Of a DNA stretch of 64,000 nt, positions 1-12,249 are shown piece by piece; position 1 is the first letter of the stretch, and the number at the start of each line of letters is the position of its first letter. Where the stretch lies: the NCBI GenBank assembly GCA_001244265.2, contig CDLV01000018.1, positions 434,001 to 498,000 of the forward strand, in the 5' to 3' direction. The translations under genes were made by a program, and so were the position numbers. This stretch comes from Microbotryum violaceum. Lineage: Eukaryota. A model generated the notes under the pieces. The model worked only from the letters and a program-made list of their open reading frames with translations. It did no database searches and was not told the DNA's origin.

Positions 1-902
1 CGGGCGCAGACTGCACCTTCACGACCACCAACATCTCAGCAGTTGAGCACTGAACGAGAAGTGTCGTCGATCCCTAGGTGGTTACCGAATCAAAGCACTC
101 CCTCCCCATCGACGCCAACACCATCCTCCACCTCCTCGGAAGCGGACCCCACCCTTCCCCCCTCTGCCTGTCCCGCTCATTCCACTTCCGTAACAGCCAA
201 ACCCACCTCAGACTCGACCTCTCCCACAACCCAAACCGAGAACTGGGTCTACCCCTCCCCCTCCTCCTTCTACTCCGCTCTTCAACGCAAAGCCCGCCCC
301 GCGAACGCCAGTGACATGCCGATCGTCGTCCCCATCCATAACGCCGTCAATGAGAAAGTATGGCAGGACGTATTGGATTGGGAACGATTAGCTTTGGGTA
401 AAGCGAACGGAGAAGAGGTGGGGAGCAAGTTGGTCAGTTTTGTGGGGAAGCCAAAGGATTTGAGTCCGAGGGCGAGGTGGAAGAGTTTGATTGGGTCAGT
501 TGGGGTTGGTACCTTCGCAAAGGGTTCATCCTGGAACTGCGGAGCTGATACTCGTCTATTATGCCTACCAGCTACACCCCGCCATTCGATCGCCACGACT
601 GGATTGTCGATAGACCCCTACCCCCCACACCCGAAAACCCTTCCCCCGGTTCAATCCGCGTACGTTACGTTATCGATTTTTACTCTGGCCGAGGCGCATC
701 CCTCCTCGAGGGTGGTTCATCATCGGCAAAGTCAAGAACGGACATGTTCACGCGCCCGTCATTGGCCTTCTTTATTGATTGTCGACCGGCTTTGGATGGG
801 TGGGAAGGCGTGAGGATGAGGATCGATAAAGTGCGGGAGAACTGGTTGGGTAGTTCGAGGAAGGCTACGACTGTAGAGGGCAAAGGGGATGGAGCATCGT
901 GA
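1..902 (+). CDS. Cytochrome c/c1 heme lyase (holocytochrome c synthase), 5' end outside window, intron ~495-570
   Basis: ORFs 43..813 and 561..902 give NWVYPS, IHNAVNE, LVSF.GKP..LSPRAR, PFDRHDW, VRYVIDFY and IDCRPALD, all heme lyase family motifs. CYC3 versus CYT2 not resolved. Confidence 0.9.
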
Positions 903-1068
903 TAGTCGTCGTGACAGCATCGGACCGTCCTTTTCGCAAGATAACAACATCCCCCGCATTTCGCATACACAATCATCTCGCGCGTGGTTCTCGGAGCGGA
1001 AAGCTCGGATTCGAAACCAGATTCATTTCCATCGGCAGCTATTGCATTACGTTTAAGCTGTCCAACGA

Positions 1069-2157
1069 TCAGAGCTTGTTCTTGATCTCCTCGCAGTAAG
1101 CTTTCAGTTCGGCCATGTCGGCCGGTTTGGTCGGCCAACCGACGACAAGACCTTGTTCGTCCGAAGCCGACGGCTTGGGGATCACTGCAGAATCGGGACG
1201 AACTTTCGCTTCAGGGCCATCGTTCATTCACACAAGTGGGGCTTGGCAGAAAATTGGTACTGACTGTGGAAATGGACGTGCTGTATGAGTTGAAATATGT
1301 GCGAATAGAGAAGGAGAGAGAGTTCAGTGCCTTGCTTTCTCTAACGAAGAATTCCGGCGCCTCCATCAAACCTACATCAACTTGTTGGTGTGCGTTCCTC
1401 CCGTTGTTCTATTGAAGCCGAAATCGTCCAACACGGCCATCAGTTTGATGCAATCGACACAAGATAGACATTTCTCAAAACCAAACACACGCACCTGAAG
1501 GACATTATAATCCTCCGAGCCGACAGCGATGGCGATCTTCTTGACGAGCGGCAACAAGGTCGTCAGATCCTCGTCGGGGATGTCGTGCAATTTGGCGCCG
1601 TGGTCTACAGAACAATCCGAAGCATTAGTTCATGTCGTGGGTCCATCTCATTGGGGAATTCCAGGGCTTGGCTCCCGAGTTCCTCGAATACTCTGAAAGC
1701 GGAAAGCAGTCATCGAGCCATCGTAGGTGGGGTACCTACATTTAGGAATGACAAGCGCATGTCCCTTGGCCAGCGGACCAATATCGAAGAACGCATACCT
1801 AGAAGCAACACGCATGTAAAACTCGAGGTGGGTGAGCCTTGTTGGTTCAGAGTGTGTGGGGGACATCCATCTTGACCACCCAGATCATGCCATGCCCACC
1901 TCACCACGAGCCTCACCGCCTAGACTCGCTCGTTCCTGTGCTTCCTCCTTGCTTCGTATCACTCACGCTCGATCGGTATCGATCAATTTGAACGAAGGGA
2001 TATCACCTAACCCAGCTCAACACCCCGTCGTCAGCTCAACGGTCGATACCCCGAACCCTTCTCCGGCCTCGTGAGGTTCAGAGGGTGAGCGCGTACCTTT
2101 GACGATCTTGCAAAAGATGCAATTCGGGTCCGTCTTGTAATCCGTCGAAGAGCTCAT
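1069..2157 (-). CDS. HNT1: HIT-family adenosine 5'-monophosphoramidase (Hint), multi-exon
   Basis: First exon MSSSTDYKTDPNCIFCKIVKG; AFFDIGPLAKGHALVIPK; HVHFH triad near 1265-1282; ends ...EEIKNKL*. Confidence 0.9.
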
Positions 2158-2573
2158 CTTGGTCGTCGTCGTGTGAAGTTGCCGGGTCACCAAGGAGAGG
2201 CGTGAGAGGGGGCGCAGCGCCGTCAGCTTGGGCTACGAGTGGGGTCGGCGGTGGGTGGGGGGAGGAGAGGCGCAGGCGGAGAGTGGCGGCTGGCACTCGG
2301 AGGCTCGAGCTGCCCATGGCACTAAGTGGAAGTGGAAGTGGCACAGGCTATCTCGGACTTGCGACGGGACACATGTGATGGGTATTATTAGGGCAAAAGT
2401 ACATTTCCCAAATACTACAGGGTACATAACTGCGTTCAACTTAAGCACTTATGAAAACTCAGGACTTAAAAAACTTAGGAAGTTCACGCAGCACCACTGC
2501 AAGATCAATACAAGCCATTGTCCTTACATCCCTCAAGGCCTCTCACCGACGACTCGCCGGCGTCTCTTAAGTC

Positions 2574-4912
2574 TCAATCCCCTCGCTGGCCTCCTTTCTC
2601 ACAGTCATTCGTCGAATCCCGCGGCGTTACCCCCTCCCACTTCATCAACGCAGGCAACCTAGGCTTTTCCTCCTCGTCTTTGTCTCCCATCCGATCGAGA
2701 TTGACCATGATTTTCTCGGCGCACCTTCGTCGACCTTCGACGCAGGCCCCGTGCTGCCCCGTTTCCGAGCGAGGTGACGAGCCAGGAATGACGGCGGAAG
2801 CGACGAGGATTTCTGGAGTCGAAGGCGGGGAAGCGACGAGGGTTTCTGGAGTCGAAGGCATGATGATCTTCTTCAAGTTGCGGCTTCCTCTCGAACGAAT
2901 CCACGAAGTGACTCCAGTCCCATTCTCATGGCTCGTGCTTTCCTCCTCAAACATCTGAGTAGTCCCCCTCTCCTTTCTCCTAAACATCAAAGCGTTCCAA
3001 ATCAACCCCAATTGAGCGGCCAACATGACGACGGTGATGGCCCATGCAGGTCCCGTAAACAACATCTCTGATTTGGCCCACGAGATCGACGTCGGTTCGC
3101 TCGTTCCCGATACGATGGTAACGAAGAGGAGGGCGCCAGAGACGATGAGTGAGAAGCAGAGCACGAGAGCGAACAACTGCAGCATAGCAAGCATATAAAG
3201 CAGTTCAATCTAACCGTAAACATACCCACATCTCGGGATGACAGACCCCTAGTACTGACCGTCAACAAATCCCTCCTAGCCCTTTTGAGACCCAGGATGA
3301 TCCTCTGTTCCTGCCGTTGAGCATGCAAAACATTCGCTCCCGCCATTACCCCCTCACCTTGCATTCGCGAAATACGCTCCCCGGCCTGGGGTTCTCCGAC
3401 AGTCCCTTGACCAGCGACGATCAGAGTTTCTTGCTGTGTGACAGCTCGCGAGCCGCTAGTCATGAGCTTCTCGTTGAACTCGATTTGGTGCTTGATCTTG
3501 CGCGCGAGGAGCAGACCTCCAAAATTCTGAGAAAGGAGCGGGGGCAAGAGTGCCAGCGGAGCACGGTGGTGTCAGTCGTTGGGCCAGACTCTAAGCATTT
3601 CACGGACAGAAGTAGTTTGAAACTCACAATGATAGCTGAGAGTACCGTGTAAACGACGGCAATAGTCGCCATCATGCAAAAGGTGTGGTAGTAGGTGGTG
3701 CCAGCTTTGACGAGCGTCGCAGCTTGGGACTGAATTCCTTCGTAAGCGGCTTGGGTAACGTTCGGATACGCCGCTGCGTTGATGCGCAAATCTATCGCGA
3801 ACGCGGCGTAAACATTTCGAAACTGAACCCCGCGAACAATCATTAAAACCAAGAAGACGATCACAACGATCAAAGGGGCCACTCCGGCCGCGAGGACCGA
3901 GGTGTTGACAGCCCACGAAGGGATCTTGCGATGTGTGGCGAGAACGAAACTGGTGACGTTACCCCAGGTCAGGACCCAGAACCAACCGAGCATGAACACG
4001 ATCGTGATGGCACGCCACACGATGACACGGTCCAAAGTGTGGATGCCGCCGCCCGTGTAGAGCAGGAGATGGTCGATCACGTGGCCCATCCAGACACCTT
4101 CCGCGAGCGCCGAGAGGATCGTGCTCATCGTCCGTTGATTGACTACCTTGATGCGTCCAGTCGATCGGTCGACCTGCATGTTGAGTAGAGAGATGCAAAG
4201 GAAAATATAAGTCAGTCGATTTTGGAGTAATCACTCCGATATGATAGCCCGGGGTTCTCCCGAGCCACTAGTGAGGCACGTCGTTCGGCGAAACCCCTTG
4301 ACGCCCGTCGGAGACCGCGCCGTTTTCCGCAGGTTGTATTTACATATCGCGCGACCCACCAAATGCCTGGACCGGCATTGTCATCATCCGAGGAGGGTTG
4401 GGTGTAGTGCAACAGGCCGAGATAGCACACATTGGCGAGGATAGTTCTGCTTGTTCGGTGTGACAAGACCCGGAGCGGGTGAATTGGGATCAGTTTTGAA
4501 ACGAACCAGGCGCACTCCGACATTTGCTCGGAAGGCACGCGACTCGGTCTTTTCCGCCCGAAAAGCTGGGCGCCGCCTTGCGAACGTACAAGGCTTGCAG
4601 GGTTATCAACACGGCTTGTCGCTCGCTGAACCCTGGTGGAGCGGTCCAAAATACAGTTGCCTAGGTTTGAGAAGGGTCCAATCAGAGTGGATGTTGTAAT
4701 AAACTAGGAGAAACATGGACGAAAGCCGGAGAGCTTCTCGGGACACCAGCAGGCCGGACTCACGTTGACGGCCACCAGCGCCTCTGCGAGAGACGATTGG
4801 GGCAAGCACGGCCGTCACCAGGTGAGCTCGCGGCGTCAGCTCCGTTACATCGGCACGCGGTAAGGTGAAATGACTGACGATCAAAAGGATTCATGGCAGA
4901 AGACGATGCCAT
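2574..4912 (-). CDS. Uncharacterised multi-pass membrane protein, paralog A (5' exons uncertain, possibly degenerate)
   Basis: Hydrophobic ORFs 3460..4179, 3002..3547 and 2574..3194 with GT-AG introns; exon-by-exon similarity to paralog B. Confidence 0.65.
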
Positions 4913-5331
4913 GGATGAGACGGCTTCAATGGATGGACGAAGGCTGAGTATTGGACTGTCGACCTTCAAAGCTTCAACTTCAACCGCCGTGGAATCGCCG
5001 ATGTCTGATTGAGCTCGATCACCAAGGCGCCCGTTCAGCCGTTCTTCACTAAAGTCCGACGCAGACCGATCACATACAACTTCGCACTTAAAACAGGAAA
5101 GTCGCTGGGACTCTCCTCTTAATATCCAACGGAGGTCCCGTGGTTCGCACTAATAATAAGGTTGCACTACTGGGGGGTGGGGGGGGGATGGGATCTATAC
5201 GTACCCCGGTCTAACCCCGGGGTGGACACAGCCTTCAGCCTGAGAGCAAATAAGTAGTAGTCCACGCACTTTTTTAAACTCCGTAGAGAAAGCGCGCCAA
5301 ACCATTTTTTGACCAAGTCTAATCTAAAAAA

Positions 5332-5515
5332 CTAGGGCTCGGGGGCACTTGTGTGCCCACCTCCCTGCGTAAAAGGTTTTTGCGAGCTCCGCCCGCACCT
5401 CCCGGACCGTGGGGGTCGTGTGGGGGCGGGGGGGGAATCATCGTCGCGCGCACGCGCGCGCGCGACTGAGAACCTTATTTTGTCGTGCAATCTCATATGT
5501 AGATGTAGATGTAGA
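5332..5515 (-). mobile_element. Non-autonomous Helitron-type element, copy 1 (184 bp)
   Basis: On the minus strand the 5' end is A|TCTACATCTACA, a GGGCAC-ACAA-GTGCCC hairpin lies at 5343-5358, and the 3' end is CTAG|T. Insertion is between A and T with no TSD. Confidence 0.8.
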
Positions 5516-6366
5516 TATATATAAATCAAAAGCGAGTTTCGTTAAGGTCGAGTTTCTGCGGACCTTGCGAACGCGCGCGCGGCATAGGCAGTCGGTCCGT
5601 GCGCGAGCGATCTGACGCGGAACGTAAACGCGATGAACCGAAATAGGAATGTGTGTCAGGGCCTCCTTGGCTCAGGCGTTCATATTCGACACCTATCCGG
5701 CACGTCTTCTCCTTTCGCCTCTTTCGTTTCCTACTCTCTGCTCGTACTACTCCGCGGACAGAGCTTCCACTTTTCCTTAAGTACAGGAAAGGATGCAGCG
5801 CTGCAGCGCTAGTCGCGGCCTCGGGAGTTCTGTAGTCGAAATAAGAGGTCCGAACGCACTGACGATTTTTGGTCCGCAAGTCACGAGTCTGCGACTCTAC
5901 TCTGCGCGCTTGCCGCCGCCTGGCGCCCCCTCGGTCAGTATTGTCGCCTTTCCCGAACAGGCATGTGCCCCCTACCTGTCCACTCTGACTGCACACCGCC
6001 TATCACCCCCCCTCCCGTCGGCGCCAAATCCAATCCCGCGCAAGGCTTAGGTATTTGTTTAAGGTTCTCTGATCTCTTTCGATGGCGCAGACAAACAATT
6101 ACGTCTATTACCTACTGTAGGTATTTCAAGGTAAACCGGTGGGTACTAGAATGGAACTAGATACTGAAACTTTTTGTTAGGGTTGAGAAAGAGGCTCGTC
6201 CTGCGTTTGATGAAAGGAGGCTTTTCCCTCTCCAGGGGCCAAAGGGATGGCTAAAAGTGGCCAAAACTTACGTGCTGCGGGCTTACAAGTACGACCCTAC
6301 TTTGCCTGTTGTGCAGATGATGGGCGACCTCGTCGTAATCCAACCTGACAATCAACAGCCTGAAGA

Positions 6367-6544
6367 TCTACATCTACATAATAGATTGCACGACAAAACG
6401 CCTCCATCAAATAAGGTTCTCAGCCACGCGCTTCCCCCCCACGGCTTTCCCCCCCACGGTCCGGAAGGTGCGGGCGGAGCTCGTAACGACCTTCAATTAT
6501 GCGGATTATGCGGGGAAGTAGGCGGACAGCGCCCCAAGCCCTAT
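6367..6544 (+). mobile_element. Non-autonomous Helitron-type element, copy 2 (diverged)
   Basis: Starts A|TCTACATCTACATA and shares AGATTGCACGACAAAA, ATAAGGTTCTCAG, CCCCCACGGTCCGG.AGGTGCGGGCGGAGCTCG with copy 1. Has a short GGCG..CGCC hairpin and ends AGCCCTAT versus AGCCCTAG. Confidence 0.7.
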
Positions 6545-6739
6545 TTGTTTCTAAAATGCTTCCCAACAGTTCGTATACGTGCAGTAGGTATTACTTATGC
6601 CGAACGAGGGCCCGGGTACTTTGTGGAGGGGCTGCTGAACGTTGATGTCCCGGCGCATTCCGCTATGGTCAACGCCGTGTCCTCGATCCGATATGAGTAT
6701 AAGGGGGTGTCTAAGGCACCTGAGGCTATAAAGAAGGGC

Positions 6740-9150
6740 TTAGTACCTTGTCCTTGTTTTGTACGTTTCCGGCTCGGCCATCTCCTGAAGGTCCTCTTGG
6801 CTATCGCCTGACCTGTCAACGTCGACGTCGACATCGACATCCACAAAGATCTTGCTGCCATGACTTGCGCCGGAGCCCGTTTGCGACCTCGGGTCCTCAC
6901 GTGTCGCGCGCCTCGCTCCAGTAGATTTTGCATGCGGTTTGAACTGAAGCGTATTCCTAGGTCCGCGTTCCAACATCACCACATCGATCGGAGCTGTCGC
7001 GCTTGAGCTGTCGACGTTCGAGTGCACCACTGCTCGACCCCCTTGCCTGTGGAATTCGAGGGCGATCCAGATGAGCGCGACCTGCGCCACGAGCATGACG
7101 GCAGTGACGACCCAAGGCGCGCCGGTGAACAGAACCTCCGTCTTGGCCCACGACACGCCCGCGAACTTGGTCGTACTGTATATGATCAGGTTGAACATCA
7201 ATGGTGCCATGGCGATGAGAGCGAAGCAAAGCACCATTCCGAACATCTAACGCGCCCCCGCAGAATGAATCCGTCAGTTTCAGCAAGGGGTGGCGCCGCA
7301 GAAACCGAGCGATACTTGGCACTCACGGTGAGGATATCATTTTTCGCCCGTCGAAGGCCAGCGAGTGTATCCGGCTCTTTACTACTGGAATTCGCTTCGT
7401 TGCTATGTATGAGCTCATGAGCTGCTTGGGATCCCGCCCCACCTCCGCGACCTGGGTCAGAGATAGTCGACCCTTGATGAGGTTGCGCCGAGGCTTGCCG
7501 TGCTGAGATGTTTGACGAGTGAATCTTTTCGTTGAAAACAATTTGGCGGTTGATCTTGCGCGCGAGCATGAGCCCTCCAAAATTCTGTCACAGGAGTAGA
7601 CAATAAAGTTTGTGCTTCGTCGGCAAGGTTCGAGTTCCAAAAGGCCATTTTATAGGCTTCGGCTAAGGGCCACTCACAAGGACAAGTGCAATTGATACAA
7701 CCACCGCGGTAATGATTCCCAATATGTAAAACATGTAGTAGTAGGACGTCACTGCTGACTTGACGATTGAGACGTTGGTGAAGACCTCCGCAAGAGCACC
7801 CGCCGGTACGTTCGGATAGGCGGCAGCTTTGCTGCGCAAGTCGGACTGTAGCGATCGTAAGACAAGGTTGGAAGCGTTGCCGCGAACAATCAAGAATGCT
7901 GCAGTAATGATCGCAGCGGCCAGTTGACCCCCTCCAAGCCCAATCAGTACGGCGTTGACGATCCTCGAATCGATCTTGGGATCGGCGGCGATGATATAAT
8001 TGGTGATATTGCCCCACGTGAGGACCCAGAACCAGCCGAGCAAAGAGAAGACCGAGATGCCGCGCCATACGGAAGATTGGCTCAAAGAACGGGTCCTACC
8101 GGTGAAAATATTTAGGTTGTTGATGTTGAACGCAATCCAAACGACTTGCGCGAGCACCGAAAATATCGTTGACATGACGCGCTGATTGACGACCATGATC
8201 CGGCCCCTCGGGCGATCGACCTAGAGCAAAAGAGGAGTACGCAGCAGTAGATGTCAAGTTCAGCCACTGGGCGCTTTGGTTGCATTCAGCGAGAAAACCT
8301 TGGGGAGAGTTGATTACTCACCCAGCGCGCTGCCCACCACACACCCGGGCCTGCACTGTCAACGCCGCGGCTCGTCCCAGTCCGTTGAATATGATGAAGG
8401 AGCCAAAGGTAGACGAGATCACAGATTACGACTCTGTAAAGGCACGGAGAAGAAGAAAAGAAGAACTTTCCGCGTCAGACCTGAAATGCTTTGACGGAGC
8501 CGAGCACCGCGGCCCGGGCGGGAACTTGAACACCGACGCGTTGGAGGTAGGGCACTACAACCACTTGAAATAAATCCTTGGCCGACCGCCCGACGTACAA
8601 ACACTGGAAGGACAGCAAGACCGCCAGTCTTACGGTGAAGCCGGGTGGTGCGGTTGGAAACGCACTATTCTAGAAGATGATGATCCAAGATTGCGGTTTC
8701 AGCCACAGTCTGCGGTGGAAGCGCGTTGTGATCGAACCCGATGCTGTAATTTACCTCGAGCGTGTCGAGCGCGACTGCGGCCAGGCGGAGCAGGCAGTTA
8801 GGCACACAGCACGTCAGGTTGTGCCAGGCTCCCGCGTCGCACCCTAAAGCGTATCGACTTGGACTGACGTTGAAATGGGTTCATTGAAGGGCACGCTCAG
8901 CTGGAGCGAGAGGATAGTTATCTGTGCACTCAAGAACAATCTGGTGCACTGGCAACAAGTTGCGGCGGTCCAGTGGGGAACCCGGGAACAACACTGTACA
9001 GGTGGCGATTGAACGCGGGCGCGACGATTTCCGAGGGTGGGTGGCGTAGATCGAGCTTGATTAATTGATGATCGGACCTTCGTTGAACACCCTTCAATTC
9101 GGCGGTAGGTGCCTAGATATTCCGCTAGGGCAGTCCAGTCTGTATGGAGT
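6740..9150 (-). CDS. Uncharacterised multi-pass membrane protein, paralog B (5' exons uncertain)
   Basis: ORFs 7663..8196, 7198..7569 and 6740..7246 share VVNQR.MSTI, LGWFWVLTWGN, AAAYPNV, LARKI..QI.FNEK and SWAK.E.LFTG with paralog A. Confidence 0.65.
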
Positions 9151-10118
9151 TGAAGTGAGAGAAGCACCAACAGATAGATACCTAAGCAGCCAGGTGCCTA
9201 TCCGTAGGTACTTGGGTCGAATGGCACTTTTCGCGAGCGTCAGGCAACGAGTCAGCCAGGCACGCACTGCAAGGAGAGGGCCTCGAGCATTCGACAAGTC
9301 GTTTCGGAGGCGAAATTTGACTGCACATCCCCGAACCCGGCTCGCCAGCGAAGCGACATCTACATCTACATATAAGTATTTCATCAAAAACCTGAAACCC
9401 CCGTCTACCTGCCTAATATGGATGACCAATGGTACCTACCTCGATAGGATTGTCTAGGCAAAGCTCTCTACTAAAACCCTTTCGAGGATGTTCAGCTCCA
9501 AACTAATTCGTATCAACTGTGAGTTTGAGAGCCGGATGCGATCGTCGATTTGGCGCCCTTGAGCGGGCAACGTCGACAGGGCGGTCGGCGATTCGGGACA
9601 GCTTCTTGAAGCGGTATCGAAAGCAAGACCTTATTTCCATGTGCGCCTAGGTCGGTAGGTACCTAGGTATGTAGCCCAAAGGCAGGTAGGTAGAGTCAGC
9701 ACCCGAGGAACATTGGCGTTTCTCTGAATTGAAGCGGAAGGTCTCACTTTCAACGAACCTCTCGGAACCGATGCCGTTTCATATGGTCTAATTAATGTGG
9801 TCCAGCGCCCGATAAGGCTCGTCTCTCTTTGTAGAATAGCTGGAATTTTTCTTTCTCATTCTCATGTCCATGTCGCTGAAAATCGCAGGCCGGGTAAAAA
9901 GGTGGAGCGTCTCCGAAGTACTGAGCAGGAGTCGAGGCCTCGGCCGGCCGACAGCCACCGTTATTGACCTTTGTGACACCCAGTCAGCTCAATTATGGGT
10001 AGTCATCGCACGCTCATTCGTACACACGATCGTCTAATCTACAGGCTTTCACCGACGCGAGACCGGCGCGCGAGACTCGTCGTGAGTCCGCACAGCTTCT
10101 TCCAGGGTTACCAGATGA

Positions 10119-11154
10119 TTAGGCTCCTCTTAAAGGCTTCCCAATCTCACTCTGCCATCCACGAGCCTTCTCAAAGCCATTGACACCCATCTGGAAGTCC
10201 TGGAAGGTTTGTCGGATGCCTTGCTCAGTATCCTTGTATGGCGCAGAAAAGGTGAAAAAATATCAGTCATTGCATTCGCTTGAGCGAGCAGGACATGACC
10301 AGTTGAAGCAGATGAAAAAGCAAGACTCACCATGACAAAAGGACCGTATTGTACGATCTCTTGATCCAAAGGCTCTCCAGCAATCAGGACCAACCTCGAC
10401 CCCTCCGACACCGATTCGAGTCGAATACCTTGCTCGCCCTCGGCCGAAGAAAGGACGACGGTGTAAAAAGGATCGGTTGGCTTGGTCAGACTGCTGTCGT
10501 CACCGATCAAAGTCTGCCCCTCGAGCGTGTAGGCAAACGCGTTCCATCCTGCCGGAATCGCTTGGAAAACCTGCTCGCCCTTGGCTTTGAAAGTGACGTC
10601 AAAGATCCAACATCCTCCGGGTGGTTTGATGGGCGAGGTGACGTAACCCTCGGATTCGTTGCCAAGAGCGGTACCGGAGATGACTTTGATCGTCGTGTTC
10701 GATGTGGGATGGGCGGAAGGGATCTCCGACGACTTGAGCTCCTGGTACGACGCCTCGGTCATGCGCTTCGCCTTGGGCAAGTCGACCCAGAGTTGCAGAC
10801 CTTTCGGATTGGGGAGTCCAGGTCCCCGTACGGGCATCTCGGCGTGAAGAATACCCTTGCCAGCTGTCATGAACTGAAGATCACCAGCATTGATAGTACC
10901 AGCGTGACCCATGAAATCCTCGTGCTTGAAGGAGCCTTCCAACATGTAGGTGATGGTGCTCATGCCGCGATGCGGGTGGTCGGGGAAGCCACCTTCGCCG
11001 ACGTTGAAGTGGTCCAACATGAGAAATGGGGTGAGGTTGCGCAGTTGAGGGGTGCCGATCGAACGACGGACGATCGCTCCGGCGCCTTCGGGGGTTTCGC
11101 GCGAGAGGACCGACTTGACGATCTTGCGAGAGACTTGAGCAGCGGTGGACGACA
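10119..11154 (-). CDS. Pirin (bicupin), one 3' intron
   Basis: EGAGAIVRRSIG, PFLMLDHF, FPDHPHRG, MTAGKGILHAEMP, GLQLWVDL, QYGPFVM; last exon ...GVNGFEKARGWQSEIG...*. Confidence 0.93.
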
Positions 11155-12249
11155 TGGTGCTTGAACGGGTTTGAGAGATGTTGGCGGTAGTGGTGATGGG
11201 GGATGTCAGGCTAGATGGTGAGGCTACGGAAAGGTTGAAACGAGGCTCTGTGGCGAGTGGGGCAAAGTAGAGTGCGAGCGCGACTACTGTGACCGCAATG
11301 AGGATGGGTCGGGTACAGAAGCGGTGGCGAGGTGAAAGTCGAGTGAGATTCCGAGTAGAAGCCACGATGAAGTGATGGGAAGGGAATAAAGCGGTGAGAG
11401 GGAAGGAGAGATGAGAGGGTGGATGCCATATCGAGCCCCTCAGGCAGCGCGTTGCTCAGCAAGCTCGCGCGCTCCGAGCAGCATTTGGCAACCGCACTAG
11501 TGTCCGACTCGGAGTCGAGTCGACGACCGCTGGGGCTTACGGTGACTCATTCTGTTCTTGGTAACGAGCAGGTCGTGACGAATTCAGATCAGGGAAAAAC
11601 GTTGGAATATTCTGGAATCGACCAGGTGCTGTCTGGCGACGGAGTTTGGACTCACCGACGTGGAGAACCCGATCTCAAGATCACGTGATATTGCTTTGAC
11701 GGCACGTGAGGCACGTGAGCGCGCCAACATGAGGCGCAGCCCCTCGAGGCACGATACCTCAGCCTGCAGTCACATTGGCTAGCCTGTGTAAGGCCGTGCA
11801 CTCTGGCACACAATGATGCGATCTAACAGTCTCCAGTACCTTGACAATGATTTTGATCATTGTTATCCCCGGGTTGGCCCTTGTCGAAGCCTTGCAACCT
11901 GCCTCGGCCGATTCGTGAGCATGTATATATGTGAATGTATGCACTGGCGCTTGCCGGCTTGGGAGCTGGCGACTGACGTACTGACGTCGTACCGGCGCGC
12001 ACGACGACTAGCCTCGCTTCGCCCACGCTCTCCTGCTTCCGACACATCCGCATCGACAGAACCCCTCCACAAAGTTGGTCACAAGATTGAACTGATGAGT
12101 GAGAAGATGCTTGGCTCGCCAGCTAACACCTATCCGCCTTCCTTCAGGCCCCGTGCACAGGTCGAACGGCCGCGCTTGCAACCACAAACACTCGATCTCG
12201 GCCGAGCTCGATTATCGACACGCGCCGATCGGCGATTGCGAGTGTCTAA

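Noticed and set aside
6257..6811. 184 aa ORF
   Set aside because: It runs through the Helitron-type copy 2 and antisense to the end of paralog B, and has no recognisable motifs.
9359..9700. Third Helitron-like 5' end (A|TCTACATCTACATATAA) followed by TAGGTA-rich DNA
   Set aside because: It shows no internal similarity to the two mini-elements, and I found no hairpin plus CTRR|T end.
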